A stretch of DNA of 64,000 nucleotides from IMG/VR virus record IMGVR_UViG_3300021255_002126, positions 4,253 through 68,252 of that record. One strand, given 5' to 3'. The translations under genes were made by a program, and so were the position numbers. The DNA is from a virus. Under the pieces are notes generated by a model, which did no database searches, was not told the DNA's origin, and saw nothing but the letters and a program-made list of their open reading frames with translations. Below are positions 39,257 to 48,043 of the stretch, one piece after another. How positions within the stretch are numbered: position 1 is the stretch's first letter; every line of letters starts with the position of its first letter.

Positions 39257-39505
39257 CTAATCATCTATTTCATTTATCTCCGTATAGAACTCCGTAATGC
39301 CATACTCCTTTAGACGCTCGTCTGCGAAATTCCGAAGACCTTTTGCCGCATCTTCGTCATAACCGACTTCGTATCGACCTGACGAATACCAAACTCCGTT
39401 TCCTTGATATTCAAACTCCTCTCTCATTACCGAATCCCAATTAAGGTGGTAATTCGCAAGAGTCTCTTGCTCTGCCATGATGTGAATTTCTACTTGTAGT
39501 CTCAT
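39257..39505 (-). CDS. Hypothetical acidic protein
   Basis: Start placed at MRLQVEI downstream of terminator. Confidence 0.6.
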   Translation of the reverse strand: MRLQVEIHIMAEQETLANYHLNWDSVMREEFEYQGNGVWYSSGRYEVGYDEDAAKGLRNFADERLKEYGITEFYTEINEIDD

Positions 39506-39530
39506 ATCTTTCTTGATTTTGGGGTTTCTG

Positions 39531-39565
39531 AAAAACCTATGCCTATCTTCGCAGACCAGCATAGG
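39531..39565 (-). terminator. Intrinsic terminator with GCGA tetraloop
   Basis: CCTATGC-TGG-TCT-GCGA-AGA-TAG-GCATAGG-TTTTT. Confidence 0.8.
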
Positions 39566-39592
39566 GGTTCTTCATCTATTGAAGAGCAATAA

Positions 39593-39937
39593 TTATCTTC
39601 GATTACTATCTTTTGGTCGGACCAACTCACTTATACTTCTCTTCTCCGTCTGATGCGGTTTCTCCAGTTGGTCGCAAATAGCAACTCTTCTACCTGCTCT
39701 AATCAGCTTCGGTAGATAAGCGTCAAGCGCATGATGAGGGAATCCTACAACTTTAATGTCGTTGCTTTCCGTCTCGTGATACATTCTTACCGTGACACCT
39801 AAAATCTTTCCACAATCCTCGGCATCATCATCGTATGCCTCATAGAAGTCTCCGCATCGTAGCAACAAAAGAGCATCTGGATGTTTCGACTTGAAATCGT
39901 CGTACTGTTTTCTAATCACCGTTGTCATAATAGTCAC
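39593..39937 (-). CDS. Stand-alone MutS domain I protein
   Basis: QYDDFKSKHPDALLLLRCGDFYE...GFPHHALDAYL.KLI.AG.RVAICDQ. Confidence 0.9.
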   Translation of the reverse strand: MTIMTTVIRKQYDDFKSKHPDALLLLRCGDFYEAYDDDAEDCGKILGVTVRMYHETESNDIKVVGFPHHALDAYLPKLIRAGRRVAICDQLEKPHQTEKRSISELVRPKDSNRR

Positions 39938-39944
39938 TTTTTGA

Positions 39945-40278
39945 TTTTACAACAATCTCCGAAGAGAGGTGTTGACCTGTTATCGCCTCAGTAGTGTTGT
40001 TCACATGTTGCGCCTCACGAGGTATTTTCTGCCTATTTCGCTCTGGCGGTTTCTTATCCCATTTTCCTATCGGGCACGTTGTAGTGTGCTAACATTCTTG
40101 ATTTTTGGCACGTCTCGCCCTTGCAGTATGGTCGCTCGTTCACCTCCTCATCTCATGTCACTTTTTTCCTGTAGGGGTGGCATCCGCTGGGATTGAAGTC
40201 TATACCCTGTTAACTATAGTCCTTTGCGCCCACAGGGGTTCCAATGTCTCCGTTTTTCCCTTTCGGCTGTGGGCAATA
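39945..40278 (-). ncRNA. Candidate structured ncRNA (~330 nt)
   Basis: No minus-strand ORF in track; GCCCACAG/CTGTGGGC stem, CC-GAAA-GG, TCTC-TTCG-GAGA, CCT-CGTG-AGG hairpins. Confidence 0.5.
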
Positions 40279-40281
40279 TCA

Positions 40282-40671
40282 TTATTCCATCTTCGTAAAT
40301 ACGCTATCTACAAAGTCCAACTGGGTGTCGAAACTTTTCCAGTATCTCTTACAAGTACCCATCATTTCTTTCTTATGCTCCTTAATGATGTTCCATACCG
40401 TGTCTTCTTCCCATCCATCTACCATAGGAAAGTCCTCTATCGACCTAATCTTGTTCTTCTTTTCCTTTGGGAGGTAACTGCGAAGATAGCGCAACATGTA
40501 GTGCATGATGTCCAAGTTCTTATCCGTACCTTCAAAGATTCCGAAAATCACTGTGTTCATTCCGTTGGTCGTGATAGTCTGTCCTTCTTCCCAATCAAAA
40601 TGGTGTTCACGCAAACCTATTACCTGTTGTTCTTCGTTGTAATAGACCAAAAATCTTTTTTCTGCTTTCAT
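40282..40671 (-). CDS. Hypothetical early protein
   Basis: AGAGCAATG start. Confidence 0.75.
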   Translation of the reverse strand: MKAEKRFLVYYNEEQQVIGLREHHFDWEEGQTITTNGMNTVIFGIFEGTDKNLDIMHYMLRYLRSYLPKEKKNKIRSIEDFPMVDGWEEDTVWNIIKEHKKEMMGTCKRYWKSFDTQLDFVDSVFTKME

Positions 40672-40717
40672 TGCTCTTACTTTTTTGATGAATAACTATG
40701 TTTCTTATAACTCTTGC

Positions 40718-41023
40718 TTAGATTCTTTCAAAGACTTCTTTTCCTCTGCTGATTCTATAACCTGCGAACTTTTCTCCGTCGAATAGTTCTTTGGCTGCAT
40801 CGTAGGCATATATTTTGTAGTATGCCGAACCATAAACACACTCTTGCTCTTCCTTTTCGTTTCCAGAAAAATCGAACTTCTTTCGACTTCCGTAGTAGTC
40901 CACAAAGACTGATGCCTTGGTCACCTTTACTACGTCTACTACTTTAATCGTGCAATAATTTCCCAACTGAGGGTTGTGACGGAACATTGCCATAATTACT
41001 TGCTTTGTCTCTTTTGTTTTCAT
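40718..41023 (-). CDS. Hypothetical early protein
   Basis: AGAGCAATG start; first gene after promoter repeat 4. Confidence 0.75.
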   Translation of the reverse strand: MKTKETKQVIMAMFRHNPQLGNYCTIKVVDVVKVTKASVFVDYYGSRKKFDFSGNEKEEQECVYGSAYYKIYAYDAAKELFDGEKFAGYRISRGKEVFERI

Positions 41024-41052
41024 TGCTCTTCTACTTTAAACGTTAATAATGA

Positions 41053-41158
41053 TGTTTCTTATATTTACATGTAAAGATACTCATTTTTTGGCAATTTACC
41101 AAAAGTTTTTCTTCTAAATATTTCTGTAACTTCTTGATTTTCAAATAGTTTAACTTTT
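41053..41158 (-). promoter_or_regulatory. Early promoter repeat, copy 4
   Basis: TTGG-N7-CCAA, TATCTTTA (41072-41079), AAATATAAGAAACA leader. Confidence 0.8.
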
Positions 41159-41194
41159 ACGTGCTTTTGGTTGTGAAGCCTTTTTCACAACCAC

Positions 41195-41275
41195 AAAAAA
41201 GCCAGTCCTTAATCTCACGACTTGGACTGGCAAGAGCAATGAAGACTGCAGAATGCAGCCTCATATAAGAAACAC
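41195..41275 (-). ncRNA. Putative trans-acting antisense sRNA with two seed regions
   Basis: Promoter TTTG-N19-TAACTTTG (41278-41308); GUGUUUCUUAUAUGA-GGCUGCA-UUC-UGCAGUC-UUCAUUGCUCUU then terminator GCCAGUCC..GUGA..GGACUGGC-UUUUUU. Confidence 0.8.
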
Positions 41276-41312
41276 GGCAAAGTTAAGCAAAAAATTTCAT
41301 TCCACAAAAATA

Positions 41313-42824
41313 TTAAAGGAAATCTTTGAACAATTCACTTTCCTGTATTATCTCATAATCTCTTGGATAGAATGTGTTTGCCAATGCGTCGAAGTAGTCC
41401 GGCGACCTACCGAGACGTTTCTTTATATCTTCTTTCGATTCCATTATGACATCACCGCTGCTACTAAATTTCCAATGTATATCAGTGCATTCTTGCATGA
41501 GCATATCATTAGGCGGCAATGCTGGTTGGAAGCCATTTTTCGGGTTTAACCAATCTCTAACAGCCCAATACAAGTATGCTCTCATATTTGCAAACGTATA
41601 GACCTCCGTCACATCGTGAAGATTTCTTGTCCCCTCTGAGAACTTGCACGAATAAGCATTCTGGTAATTCAATTCTCTTAGTCGAGAGAAAACACCCGCA
41701 CCCTCTCCGATGGTATCTATAAATGCCTTGGCTCCTCTTTTCTTTAGGTAGGGGATAGTCATGCCTGCAACGTGCATGTGGTCTGCTACTCCTGCCGAAC
41801 TGTGAACCTCGAACTTCTCTACATAATTCCCATATCTTGGACAAAGAACCGAAGAGTCTCTTCCCATGCCCGCAACATCGACACCGAGACGGCATTTCTT
41901 CTTGGACTCAAACCCTTCTTCCCGTAGTTCTTTCCACCTTTCGTTGGCAATCTCTACCCATTCGTATGGTATGAGGACATCTTCTGACACTTTCGGGAAC
42001 ATTCCAAGCACCTTAACACGGAAAAGGTCGTTCGGACGATACCATTGACCTTCCCATTCAAAATCCCCCTCTCCATCATTCACCTCTTCCTTTCTTATGC
42101 CAACGCACCAATTCTCTACCTTGTCCTTTACCCACTCATAGTCAACTTGACCAGGAATTACATTCTTCTTACTTACTACATTCTCTGCAAATAGAGAGTT
42201 TAGTCTGAATCTCTTAAAACGAGACGACTTCATTGCTTTCGCAGCATAACCTGTAGTGATGTTGGGGTTAAACACAATCAACAATCGTGAGTTGCCCTGC
42301 AAGTTACCTTCAATAGCATTATATATCGTTTCCGAGATACCCGACGCCTCCGTTACAACAAACATCGTATTAACGGCATGGAAGCCAGACCATGCCTCCG
42401 TATTGTCCGCACTTGACTTAAAACCCGTCAAGAACCACTCTTCATAATTTGTTCGTATATCATATCCAACCAGTCGGCCAGGAAGCACACCGGCTGCCTT
42501 GTATAAACGTCTTACCTCTGGAACCATGATATTCCTAACTTGTCTGTCTGTCGGCGCTGTCATGGCAATCTTTGTATTCTCTATCAATTTTCCATTCTTC
42601 CATCGTGGAGTGAGGTACATAAAGCACAAGCACGCAACAGCCGCAATATAGTCCTTGCCTCGAGCGGTACCCGAAGCAACGGCAACCATACGTTCATTTT
42701 GTACGGCACGCAAAATTGCCTTTTGTTCATCATCAAGACGAGCATGAAGTACCTGCTTGGCAAACAATGTCCAGTCCTTGCGCCATGCCCGCATCTTGTT
42801 TTTTCGACTTTCGACACTCATCAA
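41313..42824 (-). CDS. terL: Terminase large subunit
   Basis: SGTARGKD Walker A, VVTEASG Walker B, GVDVAGMGRDSS and SPDYFDAL nuclease motifs. Confidence 0.93.
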   Translation of the reverse strand: MMSVESRKNKMRAWRKDWTLFAKQVLHARLDDEQKAILRAVQNERMVAVASGTARGKDYIAAVACLCFMYLTPRWKNGKLIENTKIAMTAPTDRQVRNIMVPEVRRLYKAAGVLPGRLVGYDIRTNYEEWFLTGFKSSADNTEAWSGFHAVNTMFVVTEASGISETIYNAIEGNLQGNSRLLIVFNPNITTGYAAKAMKSSRFKRFRLNSLFAENVVSKKNVIPGQVDYEWVKDKVENWCVGIRKEEVNDGEGDFEWEGQWYRPNDLFRVKVLGMFPKVSEDVLIPYEWVEIANERWKELREEGFESKKKCRLGVDVAGMGRDSSVLCPRYGNYVEKFEVHSSAGVADHMHVAGMTIPYLKKRGAKAFIDTIGEGAGVFSRLRELNYQNAYSCKFSEGTRNLHDVTEVYTFANMRAYLYWAVRDWLNPKNGFQPALPPNDMLMQECTDIHWKFSSSGDVIMESKEDIKKRLGRSPDYFDALANTFYPRDYEIIQESELFKDFL

Positions 42825-43159
42825 TCATCATCTTCTGTATCTTGCATCAACTTCTCAAATTGATTGATATTGACATCGCTCTCCACTTTCTCTACATATC
42901 CTCGTTTCTTCCCTTTTGTCCTTAGAAAGAAAATCAATGCTTGTACGTCGTCATTATTGATATGCTCTACCAACTTGGACTCTGCGAAGTCAATGATTGC
43001 TTCTTCAGCGGCTTCAAGGCCTTCGGCGAGTTTTTTCTTTTTTTCTTTCCATTCATAGAAAGTCTTGCGAGAGATTCCAAGAGCAGTACATGTTGCCGTG
43101 ATGTTACAACCCTTCTTCTCATATATCTCTATAATATTCTCAATCGGTATATTCTTCAT
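42821..43159 (-). CDS. terS: Terminase small subunit
   Basis: HTH (NITATCTALGISRKTFYEW), IFFLRTKGKKRGY; overlaps terL. Confidence 0.85.
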   Translation of the reverse strand: MKNIPIENIIEIYEKKGCNITATCTALGISRKTFYEWKEKKKKLAEGLEAAEEAIIDFAESKLVEHINNDDVQALIFFLRTKGKKRGYVEKVESDVNINQFEKLMQDTEDDD

Positions 43160-44022
43160 TTCGTTGCTGATTTCAAAATGTTCATGATGGTGTCAACGTA
43201 GGAGATATTCTCCGTCAAAAGCAGGCACTTTGAGAAGTGCGCTGATGGTCCAAGACCGGGCAGCAGGTTCACGTCAATGAGATACACCTCACCATTCTCC
43301 GTGAAGCGGAAGTCTATCCTTGCATGGTGTCTGATACCGAGGAGGTCGAAAACATATTTACTCATGGCGCAAGCCTTCCTGCCTATCGAACCTTTCAAAG
43401 CATAGCAATATTCATTGTAGTCGAACTTGCCCTTGTGCGTCTGAATGGCACCCTTCGTCTCGCAGTCAACGGCAATAGCATGGGCACATACCCCATTGTT
43501 TTGTGGGTCGTAATAGCAGGCAACTGTCGCGTCATTTCCTTCTATGAAGTCCTCAATGACACTCTCGTAACCCAACTCCTGCAATCTCATAACCTGGAAC
43601 TTCACGTCTTCCTTGCTGTGGCAGATGTTGTATTCCGTTATGCCAAAACTCTCGCTGCCGAAGCGTGGCTTGACAAAATACGTATCTCCAGGCTGAAGAT
43701 GGTCAATGCTATATTGTCTCGGCACCTTGATTCCGTGCTCGCTCAAAAGTCTTGACAGTTCTGCCTTATCACTTGCCTGTTGATAGACCGAATAATGCTC
43801 TGCCGTAGTGGCCACACCCTTTGCCTCTATCGTCTCAATGAGAAACCTGCTCGCAGTACGAAGCAGAACTATGTCTTTCTCCCCAACGAAGTCGAGAGGG
43901 TCGTCCTCATCCACTACTGACAGTCTGATATTCTCCCTGCCTACAACCTCTCGGTAATACTGGAAAACAGGAGGGATATTGTAGTCCTCCATTTCCTTCT
44001 TGCTTACAATAGTCCATATCAT
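43156..44022 (-). CDS. ATP-grasp ligase (D-Ala-D-Ala-ligase-like)
   Basis: DK, FVKPRFGSESFGI, IEDFIEG, ARIDFR, LIDVNLLPGL. Confidence 0.88.
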   Translation of the reverse strand: MIWTIVSKKEMEDYNIPPVFQYYREVVGRENIRLSVVDEDDPLDFVGEKDIVLLRTASRFLIETIEAKGVATTAEHYSVYQQASDKAELSRLLSEHGIKVPRQYSIDHLQPGDTYFVKPRFGSESFGITEYNICHSKEDVKFQVMRLQELGYESVIEDFIEGNDATVACYYDPQNNGVCAHAIAVDCETKGAIQTHKGKFDYNEYCYALKGSIGRKACAMSKYVFDLLGIRHHARIDFRFTENGEVYLIDVNLLPGLGPSAHFSKCLLLTENISYVDTIMNILKSATK

Positions 44023-44720
44023 GACTTATCCTCCTTTATCTCTTTAAGTCTTTCCTTTGCCAATTCCAACAATTTCGCAAACGTTATAGACGGAGACTTG
44101 ATGTTGAATTGGTTACCTATCTCTTGCTGCAATTTCAAAAGCAGCATTTCATTAGTCTGGTCAGCCAAGATGAGGGTATCACTTTTCTTTGCCTGTTCAC
44201 GAATATCACCATACAACTCATCGAGATTTTCAAACGAATTGGGGTAGAGGATAATCGTAAACACAAAGTTCTCCTTCAGCGCATAAATGCTAATACCATC
44301 CGTGCTGACAGGACTTACCTCATCGATGTTGATATGAGCGAATTTCTTGAAATCTACCGACTGGATTTGCTCGAACAGTTTTTTCAATATACTCGTATTG
44401 TCTTGACCATGCAGCGAGTTGTGTGAGAGTTGGATAGCAATTATCTCATCCTTGCTCAACTCGCTTTCATCGCACCAAAGAATTCCAATCATACTGTAGT
44501 GGAGTTTTTTGCATGCTCTGAGTCTGTGATGCCCACTTATCATCACATACCTTCCGTTGGCTTTCTTATAGCAACATGGTACGCTACTAAGTCCAGACTT
44601 GCCAATGTTATCACACAGCGCTGCAAAGTCCTCGCCTGTCATTTCATTGGCATTCATTTCTGCTTCGTCGATTAGGTTGATGTCAACCTTGTCGTACTTC
44701 CATCTTTCTTCATTTCCCAT
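44019..44720 (-). CDS. ParB/Sulfiredoxin-domain protein
   Basis: NANEM...L.DNI..SG...YVMISGHHRLRA...QLSHNSLHG. Confidence 0.88.
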   Translation of the reverse strand: MGNEERWKYDKVDINLIDEAEMNANEMTGEDFAALCDNIGKSGLSSVPCCYKKANGRYVMISGHHRLRACKKLHYSMIGILWCDESELSKDEIIAIQLSHNSLHGQDNTSILKKLFEQIQSVDFKKFAHINIDEVSPVSTDGISIYALKENFVFTIILYPNSFENLDELYGDIREQAKKSDTLILADQTNEMLLLKLQQEIGNQFNIKSPSITFAKLLELAKERLKEIKEDKS

Positions 44721-46785
44721 TCTTCAACATTTTACTATATTTTTCAATAACTTCTTTATTCGTGGCATATTTACCTAACTCTCCTTCATAAGCGAGATAC
44801 GATGACGTACAATGCTCTTTCACCTTTGTATAGACACCACGATACTTCATGCTGACAGGTTTGTGCGTATAGGCACATGAGATAACTCTCTCACAAAGTT
44901 TGTGCATACGTCTGCTTAGTTCTTTTTGAACGCCCGCTGTCTGCAAACAAAGCAATATCAGTTTGGCAAGTCTCGGTACGTTATTGTTCGTACAAAAGTC
45001 TGTCAGTTGGAACAAATCATATCCCTTGTGTTGAGGTAGGGTGAAACCGAATCCACCAAGCGTGTACTTCTCATACATTACCACAAAAGCATAAGTACAA
45101 TGCGACACAGTGTCTACTTTTCGGATATACTTCTTTTGCAAGGCATAAAGGTAACCAGAGTCCACTCTCGCTATCTTCAGACTATTCGGGTTGTCGATAA
45201 CCAAATCATCTGGTGGTACAATCTCATTAACCTCTATATGATTCGACTTGTATGATGTGTTGACTTGGTTGCTTTCACACTTCTTGTTGCAATACAAAAA
45301 ACGTCCAGCCGACCATCTCTCTCCCCTTGAAGAGTTCCACATTGCCAACTTGTGCATGTTCCTCAAATACGGACTATTACTGAAATAGTAGAAGTACGAG
45401 TCTTTTGGCAACGTCTCTATTATCTCATAGTAATCGTTGCGCTTAACGTCGAACTCCATTTCCAAGTCACTGTTCTCAGAAATCAACTTGAACGTGCGCT
45501 TCTGAGTCTTATCCTTGCCGTAATTGAAGAATATAACCTTCTCTTTCGGTATCGCGTCTTGCAAGGTGCCAACATGATACTCGCAAGTTGTAAGCAGGTT
45601 CAGCAATCGTTCGCTGCCCTTCTCGGTTTTCTCGATGGACTCTTTGGCACGCATCTTTACCGATTCTATAACTGCTTCATTCCTCTTTGAGTCGCTCATG
45701 GAGAACTTCTGCAACTTTTCGGCATACAATGCTAAAGCAAGTTGCCGAGATGGGGTGTCATTATTAAAGTCTTCCAACCACGATAACTTGTCCCTGTATT
45801 TGAGAGTAATCTTTCCGTTTGCTACCATCCACAGCAAATGGCAATACGGATCTTGCGCATAGATAGACAACTTCACCTTGTCCATGAAGAACAACTCGTA
45901 ATAATACATAAAACCATTCACTATGCAAAGTTTCTTATGGCCATGACTCTTGACCGCTTCCCACAATGCAGACGCTTGCTTCGAGTTATAGGGCAGAGAT
46001 TTGGTCTGGAACGTCTCTATTGCACTATAGGGGTTTCCTTGATAAAGGAGCGGCACTAACTCCGCTGGTGTGCCGTATTTGAGGTCTATAATCCTCAAAA
46101 ATTGCTCATAAGAAGATATGGATTTAAAGTCCTCCAATTCATGGTTTACCGCATAATAAAACATCCTGTATGTTGACAGAACGCAATTCATGGCTTCGTT
46201 ATAGTCGTTCGTACCATGATATGTTCTAAACTCAATCGTCTTGGTCTTGAAATATGCCGAGATATTTACCGCATGCCTTATAAACCCTTTCTTGGACTGA
46301 TTCGTGAACAACTTGTTAATATCCTCATACGTCTCGGCCTCGAGCAAACCATTGTAATACTTTTCCGTAGGAAGCGGCTGACAATTAAAGATGAGTTCAT
46401 CCCAATCAGACAACTTCGTGTATCTCTTGAAATACGGATAGCACAAGTAGAAAAACAACCATACCTTTTTTATCTGCTCTACCGTCAGATCTCCTGCGTA
46501 TATATGAACATGAGTGTAGGTAGTCCATTTTATCAAACCTCCAGCATCTCTCATTGAGTCATATACCGCTTTAAGGTTTTTTCTATCTTTTGCACTATAA
46601 ACACATAAGGGAGGGGTGTTTACTTCCCCTCCGAAACGCTTATTACACGAACCATCGGTATTTACAATCTCTTCATCTTTGCTCCATGAGAATCCATCCG
46701 GCAGACTAACCAACTGCCTGTCGAGGTTGCACATTTCAATCTCGATACCAAAGGTTCTCGTTTTCAAATCTTCTCCTATTTTCAT
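44710..46785 (-). CDS. Amidoligase (COOH-NH2 ligase) fused to degenerate methyltransferase-like and GNAT-like domains
   Basis: TFGIEIE, EVNTPPL, HVHI, TIEFR amidoligase motifs; C-terminal TDF...RLAKLIL...AYTHKPVSMKYRG (domain names for middle and C-terminus are less certain). Confidence 0.8.
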   Translation of the reverse strand: MKIGEDLKTRTFGIEIEMCNLDRQLVSLPDGFSWSKDEEIVNTDGSCNKRFGGEVNTPPLCVYSAKDRKNLKAVYDSMRDAGGLIKWTTYTHVHIYAGDLTVEQIKKVWLFFYLCYPYFKRYTKLSDWDELIFNCQPLPTEKYYNGLLEAETYEDINKLFTNQSKKGFIRHAVNISAYFKTKTIEFRTYHGTNDYNEAMNCVLSTYRMFYYAVNHELEDFKSISSYEQFLRIIDLKYGTPAELVPLLYQGNPYSAIETFQTKSLPYNSKQASALWEAVKSHGHKKLCIVNGFMYYYELFFMDKVKLSIYAQDPYCHLLWMVANGKITLKYRDKLSWLEDFNNDTPSRQLALALYAEKLQKFSMSDSKRNEAVIESVKMRAKESIEKTEKGSERLLNLLTTCEYHVGTLQDAIPKEKVIFFNYGKDKTQKRTFKLISENSDLEMEFDVKRNDYYEIIETLPKDSYFYYFSNSPYLRNMHKLAMWNSSRGERWSAGRFLYCNKKCESNQVNTSYKSNHIEVNEIVPPDDLVIDNPNSLKIARVDSGYLYALQKKYIRKVDTVSHCTYAFVVMYEKYTLGGFGFTLPQHKGYDLFQLTDFCTNNNVPRLAKLILLCLQTAGVQKELSRRMHKLCERVISCAYTHKPVSMKYRGVYTKVKEHCTSSYLAYEGELGKYATNKEVIEKYSKMLKNGK

Positions 46786-47864
46786 GTAGTCGCATATAAA
46801 TGGTCTATATATCTTTCTGCTCCAAGTCTAAGCACAGTACGCCCTTCTTTTCGGAAATCAATACCGAGCGCTGTTCCTGCCAAGTCTATAAGAGAGGTTG
46901 CTATTGGCACATTAACTCCAACTCGATTCGCTATGCTCTCCATCAGAACAAGGCCCTGCGACACGTCTTCCGTGATGTATCTCGAATGAATAGAGGTTGG
47001 ACTGATAGCCCTGTCGCTCGATTCCGAATATTCATAGAAACTCTCCATGCCTTTGAGAAAACCTCCAGCCTCCAACACGTCAATGGGTCTTCCTCCAAGT
47101 GCTTTCAATACATTCATCTTCTCTTCATCCAACTGGAACATCACTCTTAGCGTTGCATCATTCTTGTGGCAATATGCCTCACGATACATGCAAAAGTTTC
47201 CGTCGCTATACTCTATTCGAGGGATGCTCATGATGGCTCCAACGGTGTGTATCACCAAGTTCGGATTGAGCAAAGCAGACTCGATAGGGGAGTAGTCGTT
47301 ACTGAGACCTTTGTACAGGGATTTCAATTTCTTCATACATTCCTTCTCATAACTTTTATTAAAGACGGACAAAGGACTCCGCGTAAGACGGCAACCAACT
47401 CTAAATACAACCTCATCCGGCTTGTCGTTTAATTCTACACGTCCTTCAAGGTATGGGCCAGTTGCTTCTGCTATGGCAGGGAATGATATATGGCAACTTT
47501 CTTGGCATTGCTTCAACAAATAGAAAGAAGAGAGGTAACTGCAAACGATTAGCACCGTCTGCTCATCTTTGATGTATTTTGACACCTTCCTATACAACTC
47601 CTTATGGTAGGTGCTTTGGATAGTAACTATGACAACATCGGCATCACGCACCTTACTAAGGTCATGCGAGACATCTTGAATGGTTGTCTCGGTGTATTTT
47701 CCATCTTCTTTCAAATACATCCTATTGCCGTTCCTTATAAGCCTATCCAAAGATTCAGATTTCGTTCCAGAGGTTTTTATCAAATCCACTTCATGACCAC
47801 CAATAGATAAGTCGGCCGCTATTGCCATGCCGACATTTCCCGTTCCTAATATTGCTACTCTCAT
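46782..47864 (-). CDS. NAD/NADP-dependent opine (octopine/nopaline) dehydrogenase
   Basis: ILGTGNVG Rossmann motif; LLNPNLVIH, LDEE, SRYITEDVSQGL motifs. Confidence 0.9.
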   Translation of the reverse strand: MRVAILGTGNVGMAIAADLSIGGHEVDLIKTSGTKSESLDRLIRNGNRMYLKEDGKYTETTIQDVSHDLSKVRDADVVIVTIQSTYHKELYRKVSKYIKDEQTVLIVCSYLSSFYLLKQCQESCHISFPAIAEATGPYLEGRVELNDKPDEVVFRVGCRLTRSPLSVFNKSYEKECMKKLKSLYKGLSNDYSPIESALLNPNLVIHTVGAIMSIPRIEYSDGNFCMYREAYCHKNDATLRVMFQLDEEKMNVLKALGGRPIDVLEAGGFLKGMESFYEYSESSDRAISPTSIHSRYITEDVSQGLVLMESIANRVGVNVPIATSLIDLAGTALGIDFRKEGRTVLRLGAERYIDHLYATT

Positions 47865-47886
47865 TTCAATGATTGTTTTAATCTTG

Positions 47887-47960
47887 TTGCGGAAGTGGGA
47901 CTCGAACCACACGACCTCTACGTTATGAGCGTAGCGAGCTGCCTACTGCTCCATTCCGCT
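47887..47960 (-). tRNA. tRNA-Met(CAU), partly initiator-like
   Basis: AGCGGAA/TTCCGCA with 1:72 mismatch, GAGC/GCTC D stem, CTACG-CTCATAA-CGTAG, TTCGAGT T loop. Confidence 0.85.
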
Positions 47961-47965
47961 ATCTC

Positions 47966-47996
47966 AAAAACCTGCCATCTTCACAGACAACAGGTT
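47966..47996 (-). terminator. Terminator-like hairpin with GUGA tetraloop
   Basis: AACCTG-TTG-TCT-GTGA-AGA-TGG-CAGGTT-TTT. Confidence 0.7.
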
Positions 47997-48043
47997 GAAA
48001 AACTAATCTAATATTCAAAAATCTAATCTTTATGACAAAAAAG

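Noticed and set aside
41232-41274. sRNA seeds as a mere inverted duplication of an early leader
   Set aside because: Motif order is swapped, the spacer is replaced by a hairpin, and the unit has its own promoter and terminator
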